The notes under the pieces are model-generated. The model was given only the letters and a program-made list of their open reading frames with translations. It had not been told where the DNA came from and made no database searches. Shown here piece by piece: positions 11,201 to 21,648 of a stretch of DNA of 64,000 nt (positions within the stretch are counted from its first letter, which is position 1; each line of letters opens with the position of its first letter). The position numbers and the translations under genes were made by a program. This DNA is from Longimicrobiales bacterium (GTDB taxonomy: Bacteria > Gemmatimonadota > Gemmatimonadetes > Longimicrobiales > Gaopeijiaceae), in contig OZ250165.1 of the NCBI GenBank assembly GCA_965238005.1, forward strand, positions 2,240,001-2,304,000, in the 5' to 3' direction.

Positions 11201-11601
11201 CGGACTCGGGGCAGAAGCTGCACCTCTACCGTCGCCTGTCGAAGCTCACCCGCATTGCGGAAGTGGACGCCCTCGGCGAAGAGTTGGAAGACCGATTCGG
11301 GGCTCTTCCAGAGGAGGTACAGCGCCTCCTCGACGGAGCCGGGTTGAGGATCCTCGGGCGCAAGCTGGGGATCGAGCGTATCCTCCTTCGAGAGGGAGAG
11401 GCGAGGGTGAACTTCCGCTCCACCGCCATGCCCCGTCTCGCCGTGTTGGAGGGTCCACTCCGCGACCACCAGGTCGATGTCGAGGTCCGGAGAATGGCCC
11501 CTCTCTCCCTGGCCCTTCATCAAGCCGGGCCCGATACGCTAGTTTCGACGCTGATCCTCGCTCTTTCGACTTTATTAAATACTCGAAGTGACACATCCTA
11601 A
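8290..11601 (+). CDS. mfd: Transcription-repair coupling factor
   Basis: GDHVVHMEHGVG, CGDVGYGKTEVA, DEEQRFGV, TATPIPRTL, QIRGRVGRS; start codon approximate. Confidence 0.98.
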   Translation: MSASPHPIVQAISTCPGFERLCRQLPGRGQRRVLGGAVGSASTAVVAALHERFATRVLVVVTPSPQSATDAEADLEVLLGREESFLFPQREALPYESSEPHLEIGGLRVEAVEALLGGRARLLVTTLRALQERAPIPAGLAELRITLRTGGEPGFQRLIQDLDKRGFERVPLVEEVGQYAVRGGLFDIFSFGTPEPFRVEFWGDEIVSLRFFDILDQRSKGSTDEVHMLPVDFHRERDNGAVVSRSLLELLPADVLLLRFGDEDWSAELTRTWGHVCRLHDELEAEGKAPDGPETLFVDPQEAEERLSSHARVDVSPESNDALQLACTSPPVIDRDMSRLGAELRAASGMGQKSLVLCDNRGQCDRLEEILGGPEKIPPGAHVVVGSLAAGFVLECAEPPLRVFTDHEIFRRSRRVRRGRRFRGAVALESLSQLSRGDHVVHMEHGVGVFRGLERVDIAGEELESMAIEYAGGEVLRLPVSRLDLVERWVGESETAKPPALHRIGGKRWKTLKRRTSQAIEKMTVELLELYARRSTIQGFAYSPDTLWQKEMESSFLYEDTPDQRLATEDVKRDMESSGPMDRLICGDVGYGKTEVAIRAAFKAVQDGKQVALLAPTTVLVEQHRHTFEERLADYPVKIGALSRFRTPKEQKLLLQRLKTGEVDIVIGTHRLLSKDVELARLGLLIVDEEQRFGVRHKERLKQLRASVDVLTLTATPIPRTLYLSLTGIRDLSLIRTPPRDRVPIITHVVPWSDQIIAESLQRELDRGGQAFFLHNLVATIHGAAGRVRDLAPEARVDVAHGQMKSRELDRVMRDFVDGEIDVLVCSSIIENGLDVPNANTLIVNRADHFGLSQLYQIRGRVGRSDRRAYCYLIVPDHLNDEAERRLWVLEHYTELGSGYSVALRDMELRGAGNLLGGDQSGFAHAIGIDAYMRLLEQTVKRVKEGEEEPEYPHPEITMTGSAYLPDEYVPDSGQKLHLYRRLSKLTRIAEVDALGEELEDRFGALPEEVQRLLDGAGLRILGRKLGIERILLREGEARVNFRSTAMPRLAVLEGPLRDHQVDVEVRRMAPLSLALHQAGPDTLVSTLILALSTLLNTRSDTS

Positions 11602-11635
11602 CCATATACCATATAGTGATTTAAGGATGATAGCG

Positions 11636-13090
11636 ATGTTTTTGACCGAACCCCTCCACCGGGTGGGACGTGCCGTCCGCGCGACGGCTCTGGGATTGGG
11701 CGCAATCCTCATGGCGTGTGATGCGGGGTCCGACCGGATCGTGGCGACCGCCGGCGACCGCGAGCTCTCGGTCGACCAATTGGTGGACCTCCTGGCCCGC
11801 CAGAACACGGTTGCCAGTCAGCCGCAGGTCGTGGATGCGCTCGCCAACTTCTGGGTCGACTACATCCTCCTGGCCATGGCGGCCCAGGAGGACTCTCTCT
11901 TCAGCGATCTGGATCTGAGCCCTCTCCTGGAGCCTCAGTTCCAGCAGGAGATCATCGACAACTACCTCGGATCGGTCGTCGCGCCGGACACCGCCCTCTC
12001 AGAGGACGAGCTCAGGGAGCTGTGGGACGCGGATCCGCCCGAGGATTCCGTTCGGGCACGGCACATCCTGTTGACCTTTCCGGACTCGGCCACCCAGGCT
12101 CAGATCGACAGCGTCGTAAACCTTGCGATCGAGCTCAAGAACCGGGCCACGGCGGGGGAGTCCTTCGAGGCGCTGGCGCGCCGATACTCCGAGGATCCAG
12201 GCAGCGAGCCGCTCGGCGGAGATCTCGGTTACTTCGGCCCCGGCGCCATGGTACAGCCTTTCGAGGAGGCGACGTACGCCCTCGAAGTCGGGGCCGTGAG
12301 TGATCCCGTACAGAGCTCGGTCGGGCTGCACGTGATCCAGCTCGTCGACCGTAAACCGACAACCTTCGAAAGTGGTGCAGCCTCCTTCCGAGATGTCGTG
12401 GTCGCTCAGCGCGTTCGTGAGGCCGAGTCGACCTTCCTCTCCGCCTTGGACGAGGAAGCTGGCATCGAGGTCACGCCGGAGGCTGTGACAGTCCTGAGAG
12501 AGCTCGCGGCCAGACCACGGGACGCCCTGAGTGGACGGGCCGCCGGTCGGACGATGGTCGACTATCGAGGCGGAGCCTATGCGGCAGGCGATCTCCTCGA
12601 CTTACTGCAGACCAGGCCTCCGGACTTCGCAGCCCAGGTGCTGGGCTCGCCGGACGAGAACCTGAGTGCGCTTCTCCGGCGGCTGGGTCAGGGACGAGTG
12701 CTGCTCGCCAGGGCGGAGGATGCCAGCGTCACCCTATCTGAGGAACGCCAGGACACGTTGTATCGCATGACGCGTGAACGGGTGATCCAGGCATCCGATG
12801 CCCTCGGGATCCGTCAGATAACGGTGCTGGAGAACGAGACGCCCGATGAGGCGCTTGATCGCACGGTGCTTCAGGTCATGCGGGAGCTCGTGGCCGGCAC
12901 ACGCGACGCCATCTCCCTCAGCGTCGTCACCGTGGCACTCCGGAGAGAGACGGACTGGTCGATTTCGGGTCGCTCGATCGCGGCCACGGTCGCGCGGATC
13001 GATGAGTTTATTGGATCCACGGAAGGCACCCAGCCTCAGGCGGTGCCCACCGTGCCGGGCGGGGCCCCGCAGGACACGATCGGGAATTGA
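11636..13090 (+). CDS. Parvulin-type peptidyl-prolyl isomerase, probable lipoprotein
   Basis: Lipobox-like LMAC; VRARHILL, FEALARRYSEDPGS..GGDLGYF, GLHVI. Confidence 0.85.
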   Translation: MFLTEPLHRVGRAVRATALGLGAILMACDAGSDRIVATAGDRELSVDQLVDLLARQNTVASQPQVVDALANFWVDYILLAMAAQEDSLFSDLDLSPLLEPQFQQEIIDNYLGSVVAPDTALSEDELRELWDADPPEDSVRARHILLTFPDSATQAQIDSVVNLAIELKNRATAGESFEALARRYSEDPGSEPLGGDLGYFGPGAMVQPFEEATYALEVGAVSDPVQSSVGLHVIQLVDRKPTTFESGAASFRDVVVAQRVREAESTFLSALDEEAGIEVTPEAVTVLRELAARPRDALSGRAAGRTMVDYRGGAYAAGDLLDLLQTRPPDFAAQVLGSPDENLSALLRRLGQGRVLLARAEDASVTLSEERQDTLYRMTRERVIQASDALGIRQITVLENETPDEALDRTVLQVMRELVAGTRDAISLSVVTVALRRETDWSISGRSIAATVARIDEFIGSTEGTQPQAVPTVPGGAPQDTIGN

Positions 13091-13146
13091 CGGGGACTCG
13101 TCGCTGGCTTCCGGAACATGACTTTTCCAAGAGGTTTAGATAACGG

Positions 13147-14514
13147 ATGACATACGGTCCGACGAGACCAGAAACCGTAATCCGATCCTGTGGTCGGGCC
13201 ATTGGCGCCGTGCTGCTTATCGGGGTGGCCCTGGCGAGCACGGTCAGGCCGGGCTTCGGCCAGAACCCCCCGGGCCTCACCGACGTAGTCGAGCAGGTCG
13301 CCGCAGTGGTGGGCGACTCCGTGATCCTGATGACGGAGATCGATTCCTACCTTCTTCGGTTGGCATCGCAGGGTTGGACACGCCCGGAGACCACGGCCGA
13401 ACTCATGGCCTTCAAAGCCGACGTGCTCGATCTCCTCATCAACGAACAGCTGGTGATCCAGGATGCAGGGCGGGACAGCACCCTCGCGGTCAGTGAAGAG
13501 GAGCTGGAAGGCCGACTCCAGCTGGAGATCGACGGCCAGGTCCGTCAGTTCGGCACCCTCGCGCGGCTACAAGAGGCTCTCGCGGCGCAGAACATGACGA
13601 TGTCCGTCTTCCGGGACCAACGCAGAGACGCCATCAAGCGTCAGCTGCTGCAGGAGCGCTACATGGCGAAGAAGGGGCGGAGTACCACGGAGATCTACGT
13701 CTCCGAGGCGGAGCTCAGAGCCTACTTCGAGGAGAACCGGGAGCAGATGCCCCAGCTCCCTCCCACCGTCCGCTTCATGAATCTCCAGCTAAGGCCCGAA
13801 CCGTCCGACTCCGCCAAGGCAGCGGCGGCCGCGGAGGCGGAGAGCATTCTGCTGATGATCAGAGACGGCACCGCCGACGACTTCGGAGAGCTGGCGAGGC
13901 AGTACTCGGCCGGACCGTCGGCTGGGGACGGGGGAGAGCTCGGCTGGATCCGCCGTGACGGCAGCCTCGTCGAGGAGTTTGAAGAGGCCGCGTTCCTGCT
14001 GGCGCCCGGGATGGTGAGCGACCCGGTGGAGACCGACTTCGGGTACCACCTGATCTTGGTCGATCGGGTGCGTGGCGGAGAGCGACGGGTGCGGCATATC
14101 CTCATCGAGCCGGAGATCACGGAGGCGGATATCACCGCCAACCTGGAACGTGCCATCGAGGTCCGGAATCGGCTCCTCGCCGGAGAGGAGATGGCGGATC
14201 TGTCCGACGAGCCCGTGGACACGCTGGATCTGACCATCGCGGAGGCGAACCAGATCTCTGGCCCCTACGCTCGCGCCCTCCAGAACGCGGGGCCAGGCGA
14301 CATCCTGGGCCCCCTTCGCTTCGAAGACCCCCGATCCGAGAACACGCTCGGGATCGTGAGGGTGATGGAAAGCAAGGGCGGCAGGACGCTCCAGTTCGAG
14401 GACGTCCGGGATCAGATCGAAGCCCGCCTAAAGTCCGAGCTCCTCAGAAAGAAAGTGGTCGATGGCTTGAGGAACCGCGTATTCATCGACGTCCGCCTCG
14501 TCGGAGCGCGCTGA
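13147..14514 (+). CDS. surA: SurA-like periplasmic chaperone / PPIase
   Basis: VAAVVGDSVILMTE N-domain, parvulin GGELGW...GYHLI; directly upstream of pdxA. Confidence 0.8.
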   Translation: MTYGPTRPETVIRSCGRAIGAVLLIGVALASTVRPGFGQNPPGLTDVVEQVAAVVGDSVILMTEIDSYLLRLASQGWTRPETTAELMAFKADVLDLLINEQLVIQDAGRDSTLAVSEEELEGRLQLEIDGQVRQFGTLARLQEALAAQNMTMSVFRDQRRDAIKRQLLQERYMAKKGRSTTEIYVSEAELRAYFEENREQMPQLPPTVRFMNLQLRPEPSDSAKAAAAAEAESILLMIRDGTADDFGELARQYSAGPSAGDGGELGWIRRDGSLVEEFEEAAFLLAPGMVSDPVETDFGYHLILVDRVRGGERRVRHILIEPEITEADITANLERAIEVRNRLLAGEEMADLSDEPVDTLDLTIAEANQISGPYARALQNAGPGDILGPLRFEDPRSENTLGIVRVMESKGGRTLQFEDVRDQIEARLKSELLRKKVVDGLRNRVFIDVRLVGAR

Positions 14515-14529
14515 CGCACTGTATCTGCC

Positions 14530-15474
14530 ATGTCGGTGATCCGTCTAGCGGTCACGCTCGGTGACCCAAGGGGCATCGGGCCCGAGATCGTAGCGAAGGC
14601 CATCCGGAGCCTTCAGGACCGACATGCCGCTTCCCCGGTCGTTCTGGTCGGCCCGCAAGGCTTCGACCCCGGACTTGGCCCCTACGAGTCGGTGGGTCCA
14701 TTCGACGGGTCGGAGGCGTCGGCGGGCGCGGTGGCTGCCCTCGCCATAGAGCGTGCGGTGACCCTGGCCGGGGAAGGGTCGGTCTCGGCCATCGTCACGG
14801 GTCCCATTCACAAACCGGCGCTACGGGCGGCCGGCTATTCCGACCCAGGCCATACCGAGATGCTCCAGCGGCTCACCGGCGCCCCCGAGGTAGGGATGCT
14901 CATGGCGGCCGAGGAGACGAAGGGCGGTGGCCCCCTCCGCGTGCTCCTGGCCACGACCCACGTCGCGCTGAGAAGAGTGTCCGATCTCGTCAGCCACCGG
15001 GTGCTGGTAGCTCAAACGTCTCTCTTGAGCGAAGCACTCAAGACCGACTGGGGAATCAAGGAGCCCCGGATCGGGCTGTGCGCTCTCAACCCCCACGCGT
15101 CGGACGGAGGCCTTTTCGGGGACGAAGAGGCAGTAGTGTTCTTCCCAGCCGTGGAGGAGCTCCGGGAGGCGGGGGTGGACGTCCGGGGCCCTCTTCCAGC
15201 GGATACGGTCTTCGGCCGCGCCCTCAGGGGGGAGTTCGACGCCGTGGTGGCGCCCTACCATGACGTGGGGATGGCCGCGTTCAAGACCGTCGCGTTCGGG
15301 CGGGGTGTAAACGTCACCCTGGGACTGCCCTTCGTACGAACGTCTCCCGACCACGGCACGGCCTTCGACCTAGTGGGAACCGCCCGTGCCGACCCGTCTT
15401 CCATGGAAGAGGCGATCCGCTTGGCCGCATGCATCGTGCAGAGCCGTTTTGACACGCTGGCCGTTCGAGCTTAG
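14530..15474 (+). CDS. pdxA: 4-hydroxythreonine-4-phosphate dehydrogenase
   Basis: TLGDPRGIGPE, GHTE, LNPHA, PADT, YHD, RTSPDHGTAFD. Confidence 0.96.
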   Translation: MSVIRLAVTLGDPRGIGPEIVAKAIRSLQDRHAASPVVLVGPQGFDPGLGPYESVGPFDGSEASAGAVAALAIERAVTLAGEGSVSAIVTGPIHKPALRAAGYSDPGHTEMLQRLTGAPEVGMLMAAEETKGGGPLRVLLATTHVALRRVSDLVSHRVLVAQTSLLSEALKTDWGIKEPRIGLCALNPHASDGGLFGDEEAVVFFPAVEELREAGVDVRGPLPADTVFGRALRGEFDAVVAPYHDVGMAAFKTVAFGRGVNVTLGLPFVRTSPDHGTAFDLVGTARADPSSMEEAIRLAACIVQSRFDTLAVRA

Positions 15475-15510
15475 CTTTCCCTTTCGGGCACTCGTTGCTC
15501 CCGGAAGTGC

Positions 15511-16242
15511 ATGGTAAGCACCAACTTACGGGGTCGCGACAACCGCGTGATCAAGCTCATTCAAGTCACGAAAGAGTACGCCCGGCCAGAGCCGGCCCTC
15601 AAAGACATCTCCTTCCACCTGCCCAAGGGACAGTTCGCCTTCCTCACGGGCCATTCGGGCTCGGGCAAATCCACCACGCTGCGGCTCGTCCACATGGTGG
15701 AGCGACCTACCCGGGGAGAGGTCCGGGTATGCGGATTCTCGTCGCAGCGCACCTCCCACCGCGAAATGTGGAAGCTTCGCCGCCGTGTCGGCTACGTCTT
15801 CCAGGACTTCCGGCTGCTTCTGGACCGCACCGCGATGGAGAACGTGGCCTTCGCCCTCGCGGTGACGGGTGCTTCCAGGAAACAGATCCGGCCCCGTGCG
15901 CAGCGGCTGCTCGCGCAGGTGGGGTTGGCCCCGAAGGCCGGCTCCGCGATTCACGAGCTGTCCGGTGGAGAGCAGCAGCGGGTGGCCATCGCCCGTGCGC
16001 TCGCCAGTGAGCCCCTCCTCCTCCTGGCCGACGAGCCCACGGGCAACCTCGACGACCGCGCCACGCACGGCATGATGGAGCTATTCTGGGAGGTCAATGC
16101 CATGGGGATGGCTGTGCTGATGGCCACACACGACCTGGAGCTGGTCCGCCGGTATCCGTCGGCGCGTGTCCTCGAGCTCGACCAGGGCCGGATGGTCTAC
16201 GACTCGGACGAGAAGCAAGCGGTATCCGGGAGCGCGGACTGA
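15511..16242 (+). CDS. ftsE: Cell division ATP-binding protein FtsE
   Basis: GHSGSGKST, VFQDFRLL, LSGGEQQRVAIARA; next to ftsX; start may be GTG 15547. Confidence 0.93.
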   Translation: MVSTNLRGRDNRVIKLIQVTKEYARPEPALKDISFHLPKGQFAFLTGHSGSGKSTTLRLVHMVERPTRGEVRVCGFSSQRTSHREMWKLRRRVGYVFQDFRLLLDRTAMENVAFALAVTGASRKQIRPRAQRLLAQVGLAPKAGSAIHELSGGEQQRVAIARALASEPLLLLADEPTGNLDDRATHGMMELFWEVNAMGMAVLMATHDLELVRRYPSARVLELDQGRMVYDSDEKQAVSGSAD

Positions 16243-16243
16243 C

Positions 16244-17101
16244 GTGTTGTATTCCCTACGCGAAGCCGTCATGGCCTTCCGGCGAGCCCCGCTTCTGACG
16301 AGCCTCTCGGCCGCCATGGTGGGTCTGGCACTCTTCGTGGTTGGATTGTTCGCGTTGGCGACTCACAACCTGAAGCTCGCCCTTGACATCCTGGAGGAAC
16401 GGGTGGAGATCGTGGCGTACCTCCGGGACGACGCGAGCACCGACGAGATCGCCAACATGGAGAGGGCCATCTCGGCCTTGCCCGAGGTCCTCGCTATCGA
16501 GTTCGTCACGAAGGACGAGGCGCTCGCAAAGGCACGCCGGGAGCTCCCCGAATTCCGCGAAGTGATGACGGACCTGGAGGTGAACCCTCTCCCGGCTTCG
16601 TTGGAGATACAGCTCCGAACGGGCAGCCGGACGCCGGCCACCGTCAAGCGACTGGCCCAGCAGGCGAGGCTGTATCCCTTCGTGGAGGAGGTCCAGTACG
16701 GTCAGGAGTGGGTGGAAAAGCTCTTCACGCTCCGGCGCGTGGGCGGTGTCACCGCCACTGTGCTGGGTTCTGCCTTCGCCGTGGTGGCCGCCCTCATCAT
16801 AGCAACGGCGGTCCGGATCGCCATCTTCGCCAGGCGTGAGGAGATCAAGGTGATGCAACTCGTGGGCGCCCGGAACGGCTTCATCCGACGTCCCTTCCTC
16901 ATCGAGGGCGGGATCACGGGGGCCTTGGGCGGAGCCCTGGCGATCGGACTCACGTACGCGACCTTCAGAGCGGTCTTCCACTATCTCTTTTCCATAGCCT
17001 GGATCCCCGTGGAGTGGGCCGGCGCGGGGCTTTTGATCGGAGTCGTCTTCGGCGTCATCGCCAGCAGCTTCGCCGTGAGCAAGCACCTGAGGGAAGTCTG
17101 A
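16244..17101 (+). CDS. ftsX: Cell division permease FtsX
   Basis: NPLPAS, RREEIKVMQLVGA..FIRRPFLIEG, four TM segments. Confidence 0.93.
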   Translation: MLYSLREAVMAFRRAPLLTSLSAAMVGLALFVVGLFALATHNLKLALDILEERVEIVAYLRDDASTDEIANMERAISALPEVLAIEFVTKDEALAKARRELPEFREVMTDLEVNPLPASLEIQLRTGSRTPATVKRLAQQARLYPFVEEVQYGQEWVEKLFTLRRVGGVTATVLGSAFAVVAALIIATAVRIAIFARREEIKVMQLVGARNGFIRRPFLIEGGITGALGGALAIGLTYATFRAVFHYLFSIAWIPVEWAGAGLLIGVVFGVIASSFAVSKHLREV

Positions 17102-17103
17102 CC

Positions 17104-18315
17104 GTGTCCTCGCTTCGGTCCGTGGGTATCCCCGCTCTACTGGCGGCGGCTCTCTTTGGGCCGTCGAATCTCGCCGGCCAGGCTGGAGACATCCGCAGAG
17201 AGATCCTCGAGAGCCAGCGCCGGCTCGAGGAGGTCCGGGCCGAGCGGGAACTCCTTCGGCAGGAGATGTCCAACCTGGATGGTCGGGTCCGCGACGCGTC
17301 CGGCGAGCTCGCCAACATCGAGCGACAGATCAGTGTCTCCCGGTCGGCCTTGGGCGAAGTCGACTTTCAGGTGAACGCCGTCGCCGACGAGATCGAGAGC
17401 ACGTCCCGGGACCTCGTGGTCACCAGGGAACGGCTGCAGACCGGTGCCGCTGTGCTCAACCGCCGGCTCCGGGACATCTACAAGCGGGGCCCCCTCCATG
17501 AGGTGCGCGTCATGCTTGGAGCCGCATCCTTCTCGGACATGCTCACCCGGTATCGGTACCTGCGCCTTGTCGCCTCGTACGATCGCACCCTGCTGGAGAG
17601 GGTTCAGGAGCTCGAGTCCGAGCTGGTCGTGGAGAACGACGATCTCCAGAGCCACATGTCCGACCTCGGCCGTCTGAGGCAGGCCAAGCAGCGAGAGGTC
17701 GTCTCGCTCCGCTCGGTGGAGGAGCGGTACAGGCGGGCGCTGGAGAACTACCGAGCCGAGGAACGGCGGGCGGGAAGCCGTCTCGAGGAGCTGGACAGTG
17801 ACGAGATTCGTCTTACGCGGCTGGTCACCGACCTGGAGGCCCGGCGCATCGAACTTGAGAGCCGGACGGCCCGCGGAGGCGCCCCGTTCGTCTCCTCCGA
17901 AGACGCGGGCTCGCTGGACTGGCCGGTGGACGGCGAGCTGATCTATCGCTTCGGTCGAGAGCAGAGGCCGAACGGGATCGTCCTCAGATGGAACGGCATC
18001 GGGATCCAGGCCTCCACCGGTACGCCGGTGCGGGCCGTCCGGTCCGGTACGGTCGTGCTGGCCGGGCCCTTCGAGGGGTACGGACCCACCGTCGTCCTGA
18101 GTCACGGTGAGGGCTTCTACACGCTCTACCTCTACCTCGAGGACATCGGAGTAATCCAGGGGCGGCGGGTCGATGCGGGTCAGGTCGTAGGGACGGTCGG
18201 CGGGTCCGATACCTCGGAAGGTCCACACGTCGAGTTCCAGGTCAGGGCGCCGGTGGACGGAGGGACCCCCCAGGCCAGGGATCCGCTCCAGTGGCTTCGG
18301 CCCCGAGGAAGGTGA
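17104..18315 (+). CDS. envC: EnvC-like murein hydrolase activator (coiled coil + degenerate M23)
   Basis: Long coiled coil; LDWPVDG, WNGIGI with Zn ligands lost; follows ftsEX. Confidence 0.82.
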   Translation: MSSLRSVGIPALLAAALFGPSNLAGQAGDIRREILESQRRLEEVRAERELLRQEMSNLDGRVRDASGELANIERQISVSRSALGEVDFQVNAVADEIESTSRDLVVTRERLQTGAAVLNRRLRDIYKRGPLHEVRVMLGAASFSDMLTRYRYLRLVASYDRTLLERVQELESELVVENDDLQSHMSDLGRLRQAKQREVVSLRSVEERYRRALENYRAEERRAGSRLEELDSDEIRLTRLVTDLEARRIELESRTARGGAPFVSSEDAGSLDWPVDGELIYRFGREQRPNGIVLRWNGIGIQASTGTPVRAVRSGTVVLAGPFEGYGPTVVLSHGEGFYTLYLYLEDIGVIQGRRVDAGQVVGTVGGSDTSEGPHVEFQVRAPVDGGTPQARDPLQWLRPRGR

Positions 18316-19460
18316 GCCTCCACCCCCTGGTCGGGCATGACGCTGTCCGCTCCTCGCTCGCCCTCGCCTGGCAGCGGGGCTCTCTTTCCGTCAGCCTGCT
18401 CATCCATGGGCCCAGAGGCGTCGGGAAGCAGCGACTGGCCCTGTGGCTGGGCCAGCTTCTCCTGTGCACGGATCCCACGCCGGACGGTCCCTGTGCCGAG
18501 TGTAAGGCGTGCCGGCTGTCCGTATCCTTGGAGCATCCGGATCTCCACTGGTACTTCCCGCTCCCGAAGCCGCAACGGGTCCGGCCGGACAAGCTCGGGG
18601 ACGCCATGGAAGAGGCCCGCCACCAGGCCATGGCCGACCGCCGAGAGAACACGCTCAGACCGGCCGTGACAGCCGAGGAGCCAACGGGCCTCTACCTTGC
18701 TGTGGCCCAGCACCTGCGCTCGCAGGCCCAGAAGCGGCCGGCCATGGGTCCCAGGCAGGTCTTCGTCATCGGCGAAGCGGAGACCCTCGTGCCCCAGGAG
18801 TCTAGCCCGGCCGCAGCCAACGCGCTGCTGAAGCTCCTCGAGGAGCCACCCGCCAGCACGCTCCTCATCCTGACCTCCAGCGAGCCGGGTCGCCTCCTGG
18901 CCACGATCCGGTCCAGGACCATGCCGCTTCACCTGCCCGGACTCCCGGACCATGAGGTTGAGGCGTTTCTCGTCGAGGTGGCCGGAGCGGACCCGGAGAG
19001 CGCGGGCCGAGCGGCGCTCCTGGGGAGAGGTTCCATAGGCCGCGCCCTGGGGTTTCTCCCCGCCGGTAACGACCCGGGGCCACTGGAAAAGCTCCGACAG
19101 AAGGCCTTTCGTCTTTTGAAGGTGGCTTCCGCCCCGGACGCCGGTTCCATCTACCGGCAGTCCCTCGAATTCCAGCCCGTCCGTGGTCGCGGCCTGATAC
19201 CGCTCCTCGATCTGTTGGAGGAGGCCCTCAGGGACCTGTCCGCCACGGCCGCGGGAGCTCCCGAGAAGGTCATCAGCCGCGATACTGCAGAGTTCCTGGA
19301 ACGGATCCGGACCGAGCGGGATATCCACCCTGGCGCGGTCGCCGACGCCTTCGAGAGGTTGCAGGAAGCCAAGGAGCTGGCGGCGGGGAACGTCAACCCC
19401 CAACTCGTAGTTGCGGGGCTCTTGACCGGGATCCGAGAGGCATTGAATGGCAGCATCTGA
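18312..19460 (+). CDS. holB: DNA polymerase III delta' subunit
   Basis: [16 protein letters not shown] zinc motif, [22 protein letters not shown]. Confidence 0.88.
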   Translation: MSLHPLVGHDAVRSSLALAWQRGSLSVSLLIHGPRGVGKQRLALWLGQLLLCTDPTPDGPCAECKACRLSVSLEHPDLHWYFPLPKPQRVRPDKLGDAMEEARHQAMADRRENTLRPAVTAEEPTGLYLAVAQHLRSQAQKRPAMGPRQVFVIGEAETLVPQESSPAAANALLKLLEEPPASTLLILTSSEPGRLLATIRSRTMPLHLPGLPDHEVEAFLVEVAGADPESAGRAALLGRGSIGRALGFLPAGNDPGPLEKLRQKAFRLLKVASAPDAGSIYRQSLEFQPVRGRGLIPLLDLLEEALRDLSATAAGAPEKVISRDTAEFLERIRTERDIHPGAVADAFERLQEAKELAAGNVNPQLVVAGLLTGIREALNGSI

Positions 19461-19959
19461 TCAGGACGACACTCCGGGTAACGGAGGTCTGACCCATCTG
19501 GACCCCAGGGGGCACGCCCGCATGGTGGACGTCTCGGAAAAGAACGTCTCCCAGCGCATCGCCGTGGCCGAAGGCCGTATTCGCATGTCGCCCAAGACCC
19601 TGGCTGCCATCGAGGCAGGCGACGTGAAGAAGGGCGACGTGCTCCAGGTGGCCCGCTTGGCCGCCATCTCGGCCGGAAAGCGCACCGGAGATCTCATTCC
19701 ACTCTGCCACGTGCTTCCGGGAGCCTCCTTCAGCATTGACGTGGCGACGGATCCGGCCCTCCCGGGAATCGTCGTACGCGCCGAGGTGAAGGTCGCCGGG
19801 CAGACCGGAGTGGAGATGGAAAGCCTCACCGCTGTGACCGTGGGCCTGCTTACGGTGTACGACATGGGCAAGTCCCTGGATCGCGGCATGGTGATCGAGG
19901 GAGTCCGCCTCCTCCTGAAGGAGGGCGGGAAGTCCGGTCGGTGGTCCGCCGACGTTTAG
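19447..19959 (+). CDS. moaC: Cyclic pyranopterin monophosphate synthase
   Basis: [32 protein letters not shown]. Confidence 0.96.
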   Translation: MAASDQDDTPGNGGLTHLDPRGHARMVDVSEKNVSQRIAVAEGRIRMSPKTLAAIEAGDVKKGDVLQVARLAAISAGKRTGDLIPLCHVLPGASFSIDVATDPALPGIVVRAEVKVAGQTGVEMESLTAVTVGLLTVYDMGKSLDRGMVIEGVRLLLKEGGKSGRWSADV

Positions 19960-19999
19960 ACACCAGAAGGCAACTCTATTCACTCTTGGAGAAGCGTCC

Positions 20000-21580
20000 G
20001 TGAGATACTCATTCCCGCTTCTTTTCGTGGTCCTCGGGGTCGGCGCCTGCGCCGGCGGCGCCCCCATGCAGCCCGCGGCGCCTCCAGCCCAACCGGAAGC
20101 CACGCGCCCCGGAGCCGACTACACGGGCTCCACTAACCGGGCGGCAGCAACCATCAGGGCAGACGAGATTCTCGAGCACATCGAGTTCCTCGCCAGCGAC
20201 GCGTTGGGGGGTCGCGACACTCCGAGCCCTGGCCTCGAGGCTGCGGCCGAATACCTGGCCGCGGAGTTCGAAAGCGCCGGCCTCGAGCCCGCCGGCGACG
20301 ACGGCACGTTCCTTCAGCGTTTCCCTTACACTCGCACCGCCATGGTCCCCGAGCGTAGGCGTCTAGGATACGAGAGTGCCTCCGGAGCGGAGGAACTCGA
20401 GTTCGGACGAGACTACTACGTGATTCCCGGACAGCAAATCGCCGACGACACGGAGGCCGTCTTCGGCGGCCGGGCCGGGCAGCCGGCCGCCGACGTCGTA
20501 CAGGTGGCCCGGGGCAAGGTCCTCCTCTTCGCTACCGACGGGAATCCGGTGGTGGGCACGGGCGAGGCACTCATGAGCGCGTTCCAGGCTGCCGCGCAGG
20601 GAGGAGCCTCCGCGGTGGTCCTCCTTCTGGACGACACCAACACTCCCGACAGCATTCTCGACCTGGCCAGCGGGATCCAGGGCGCCGGATTGGCCACCCC
20701 ACTTCCTGTCGTCGGCCTGTCCCCCGAGAGGTCCCGTGAGCTATTCGCGGCTGCCGGCCTGGACCTGCCGTCCCTGCGCGAGTCCCCTCCGGAGAGCGCC
20801 ATCACCCTGGAAGGCGTCACCATGACGGTGGCGGCACCCTTCGAGATATCGGAGCACACTCCCCCCAACGTAATAGCCATTTTCAGGGGAAGTGACCCCG
20901 TCCTCCGGAACGAGTACATCGTCTACAGCGCCCATTTCGACCACGTGGGCATCGGGCTGACCGACGAAGCCGGGGACTCCATCTACAACGGCGCCGACGA
21001 CGACGCGTCCGGCACCTCGGTGCTCCTTGAGACCGCGGCCGCGTTCGCGGCCATGGATGTGCTCCCGGCACGCTCCGTGATCTTCCTTGCCGTGAGTGGA
21101 GAGGAGAAGGGGCTCCTCGGATCGAAGTACTTCTCCGAGAATCCCACGGTGCCCATCGACGACATCATCATGAACATCAACATGGACATGGTGGGCAGAA
21201 ACCATCCCGACACAATCATCGCTGTGGGCCGACAGTACACCAATCTCGGCGCCCTTACGGACCGTATCCTCCAGGAGCACCCCGAGCTCGGGTTCACGGT
21301 CATCGAGGATCCGAAGCCCGAAGAACAGGCCTTCTTCCGGAGCGATCACCTCCACTTCGTCAACAAGGACATCCCGGCGATTTTCTTCACCACGTGGGAC
21401 CACGAGGACTACCACAAGCCCTCCGACGAAGCACATCTCATCGACTCGGAGAAGACGGCGCGCGTCGCGAAGATGGTGTTCTACCTGGGCGCCCGCATCG
21501 CCGGTGGGGACGAGGATCCGGAGTGGACGGAGGACGGCCTGGCCGAGGTCCAAAGGATCATCGCCAAGAGCGGGAACTGA
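20000..21580 (+). CDS. M28 family aminopeptidase, lipoprotein
   Basis: Lipobox VGAC; SAHFDH, NGADDDASG, GEEKGLLGS, NMDMVGR, RSDH, YHKPSD. Confidence 0.92.
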   Translation: MRYSFPLLFVVLGVGACAGGAPMQPAAPPAQPEATRPGADYTGSTNRAAATIRADEILEHIEFLASDALGGRDTPSPGLEAAAEYLAAEFESAGLEPAGDDGTFLQRFPYTRTAMVPERRRLGYESASGAEELEFGRDYYVIPGQQIADDTEAVFGGRAGQPAADVVQVARGKVLLFATDGNPVVGTGEALMSAFQAAAQGGASAVVLLLDDTNTPDSILDLASGIQGAGLATPLPVVGLSPERSRELFAAAGLDLPSLRESPPESAITLEGVTMTVAAPFEISEHTPPNVIAIFRGSDPVLRNEYIVYSAHFDHVGIGLTDEAGDSIYNGADDDASGTSVLLETAAAFAAMDVLPARSVIFLAVSGEEKGLLGSKYFSENPTVPIDDIIMNINMDMVGRNHPDTIIAVGRQYTNLGALTDRILQEHPELGFTVIEDPKPEEQAFFRSDHLHFVNKDIPAIFFTTWDHEDYHKPSDEAHLIDSEKTARVAKMVFYLGARIAGGDEDPEWTEDGLAEVQRIIAKSGN

Positions 21581-21628
21581 CCGGGAACCCGACCCCGAAA
21601 GGCCACCGCCCAGTCAACTCGCCGGAGG

Positions 21629-21648
21629 AGAGGCTCCTAGGAGCCTCT
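21629..21648. repeat. Perfect 20-bp palindrome between convergent genes
   Basis: AGAGGCTCCTAGGAGCCTCT is its own reverse complement. Confidence 0.8.

Noticed and set aside
11560..11640. AT-rich patch after mfd as foreign DNA
   Set aside because: Under 100 bp and at a gene boundary; best explained as promoter/RBS sequence.
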